Assembly (NCBI GenBank): GCA_032718475.1
Contig: JAUCBJ010002315.1
Span: 2,195-66,194, forward strand
Source of the DNA: Nemertoderma westbladi
Lineage: Eukaryota; Animalia; Xenacoelomorpha
Length of the DNA stretch: 64,000 nt
Direction of reading: 5' to 3'
The notes below the pieces were generated by a model. That model was not told the origin of the DNA. It worked only from the letters and a program-made list of their open reading frames with translations, and ran no database searches. Below, in pieces: positions 62,401-64,000 of this stretch. How positions within the stretch are numbered: the stretch's first letter is position 1; each line of letters begins with the position of its first letter. The position numbers and the translations under genes are program-made.

Positions 62401-64000
62401 TGGGTTACAGTGCTATAGTTTGGGTAGCAGCGGTACGTGTTTGGGTTACAGTGCTATAGTTTGGGTTGTAGTGGTGTGTGTTTGGGTTACAGTGCTATAG
62501 TTTGGGTTACAGTGCTATAGTTTGGGTTACAGTGCTATAGTTTGGGTTACAGTGCTGTAGTTTGGGTTACAGTGCTATAGTTTGGGTTGTAGTGGTGTGT
62601 GTTTGGGTTACAGTGCTATAGTTTGGGTTACAGTGCTATAGTTTGGGTTACAGTGCTATAGTTTGGGTTACAGTGCTATAGTTTGGGTTACAGTGCTATA
62701 GTTTGGGTTACAGTGCTATAGTTTGGGTAGCAGCGGTACGTGTTTGGGTTACAGTGCTATAGTTTGGGTAGCAGCGGTACGTGTTTGGGTTACAGTGCTG
62801 TAGTTTGGGTTACAGTGCTATAGTTTGGGTTGTAGTGGTGTGTGTTTGGGTTACAGTGCTATAGTTTGGGTTACAGTGCTATAGTTTGGGTTACAGTGCT
62901 ATAGTTTGGGTTACAGTGCTGTAGTTTGGGTTACAGTGCTATAGTTTGGGTTGTAGTGGTGTGTGTTTGGGTTACAGTGCTATAGTTTGGGTTACAGTGC
63001 TATAGTTTGGGTTACAGTGCTATAGTTTGGGTTACAGTGCTATAGTTTGGGTAGCAGCGGTACGTGTTTGGGTTACAGTGCTATAGTTTGGGTAGCAGCG
63101 GTACGTGTTTGGGTTACAGTGCTGTAGTTTGGGTTACAGTGCTATAGTTTGGGTTGTAGTGGTGTGTGTTTGGGTTACAGTGCTATAGTTTGGGTTACAG
63201 TGCTATAGTTTGGGTTACAGTGCTATAGTTTGGGTTACAGTGCTATAGTTTGGGTTGTAGTGGTGTGTGTTTGGGTTACAGTGCTATAGTTTGGGTTACA
63301 GTGCTATAGTTTGGGTTGTAGTGGTGTGTGTTTGGGTTACAGTGCTATAGTTTGGGTTGTAGTGGTGTGTGTTTGGGTTACAGTGCTATAGTTTGGGTTA
63401 CAGTGCTATAGTTTGGGTTACAGTGCTATAGTTTGGGTTACAGTGCTATAGTTTGGGTTGTAGTGGTGTGTGTTTGGGTTACAGTGCTATAGTTTGGGTT
63501 ACAGTGCTATAGTTTGGGTTGTAGTGGTGTGTGTTTGGGTTACAGTGCTATAGTTTGGGTTGTAGTGGTGTGTGTTTGGGTTACAGTGCTATAGTTTGGG
63601 TTGTAGTGGTGTGTGTTTGGGTTACAGTGCTATAGTTCGGGTTACAGTGCTATAGTTTGGGTTACAGTGCTATAGTTTGGGTTACAGTGCTATAGTTTGG
63701 GTTACAGTGCTATAGTTTGGGTTACAGTGCTATAGTTTGGGTTACAGTGCTATAGTTTGGGTTACAGTGCTATAGTTTGGGTTACAGTGCTATAGTTTGG
63801 GTAGCAGCGGTACGTGTTTGGGTTACAGTGCTATAGTTTGGGTTGTAGTGGTGTGTGTTTGGGTTACAGTGCTATAGTTTGGGTTACAGTGCTATAGTTT
63901 GGGTTACAGTGCTATAGTTTGGGTTACAGTGCTGTAGTTTGGGTTACAGTGCTATAGTTTGGGTTGTAGTGGTGTGTGTTTGGGTTACAGTGCTATAGTT
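35453..64000. repeat. >28.5-kb satellite of 20-21-bp monomers: A GGGTTACAGTGCTATAGTTT (major), B GGGTAGCAGCGGTACGTGTTT, C GGGTTGTAGTGGTGTGTGTTT
   Basis: Continuous head-to-tail array in one orientation, with no insertions seen, running off the window end. Confidence 0.99.

Overview
Animal (bilaterian-type, intron-containing) genomic DNA, not prokaryotic. The first ~35 kb holds two spliced genes facing each other tail-to-tail. One is a 3-exon Cdx/caudal ParaHox homeobox gene on + (7622-8336, 16778-16923, 17398-17472; ~311 aa, no recognisable YxWM hexapeptide). The other is a 4-exon SF3A2 (SF3a66) splicing-factor gene on - (27219-22174; ~371 aa). Around them lie several MITEs, two copies of a Helentron/DINE-like non-autonomous element, a truncated Penelope-like element with inverted terminal repeats, hammerhead-ribozyme-like motifs, a decayed RTE-type LINE and several minisatellites. 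One DINE-like copy has spawned a 68-bp tandem array; the other encloses unexplained coding-like DNA. From ~35.45 kb to the end is one G/T-strand-biased satellite built from three 20-21-bp monomers, with an apparent ordering rule, hybrid units and a ~16-18 kb internal block duplication. Most long ORFs in the supplied track are repeat translations. All coordinates were read by eye and no database searches were run.
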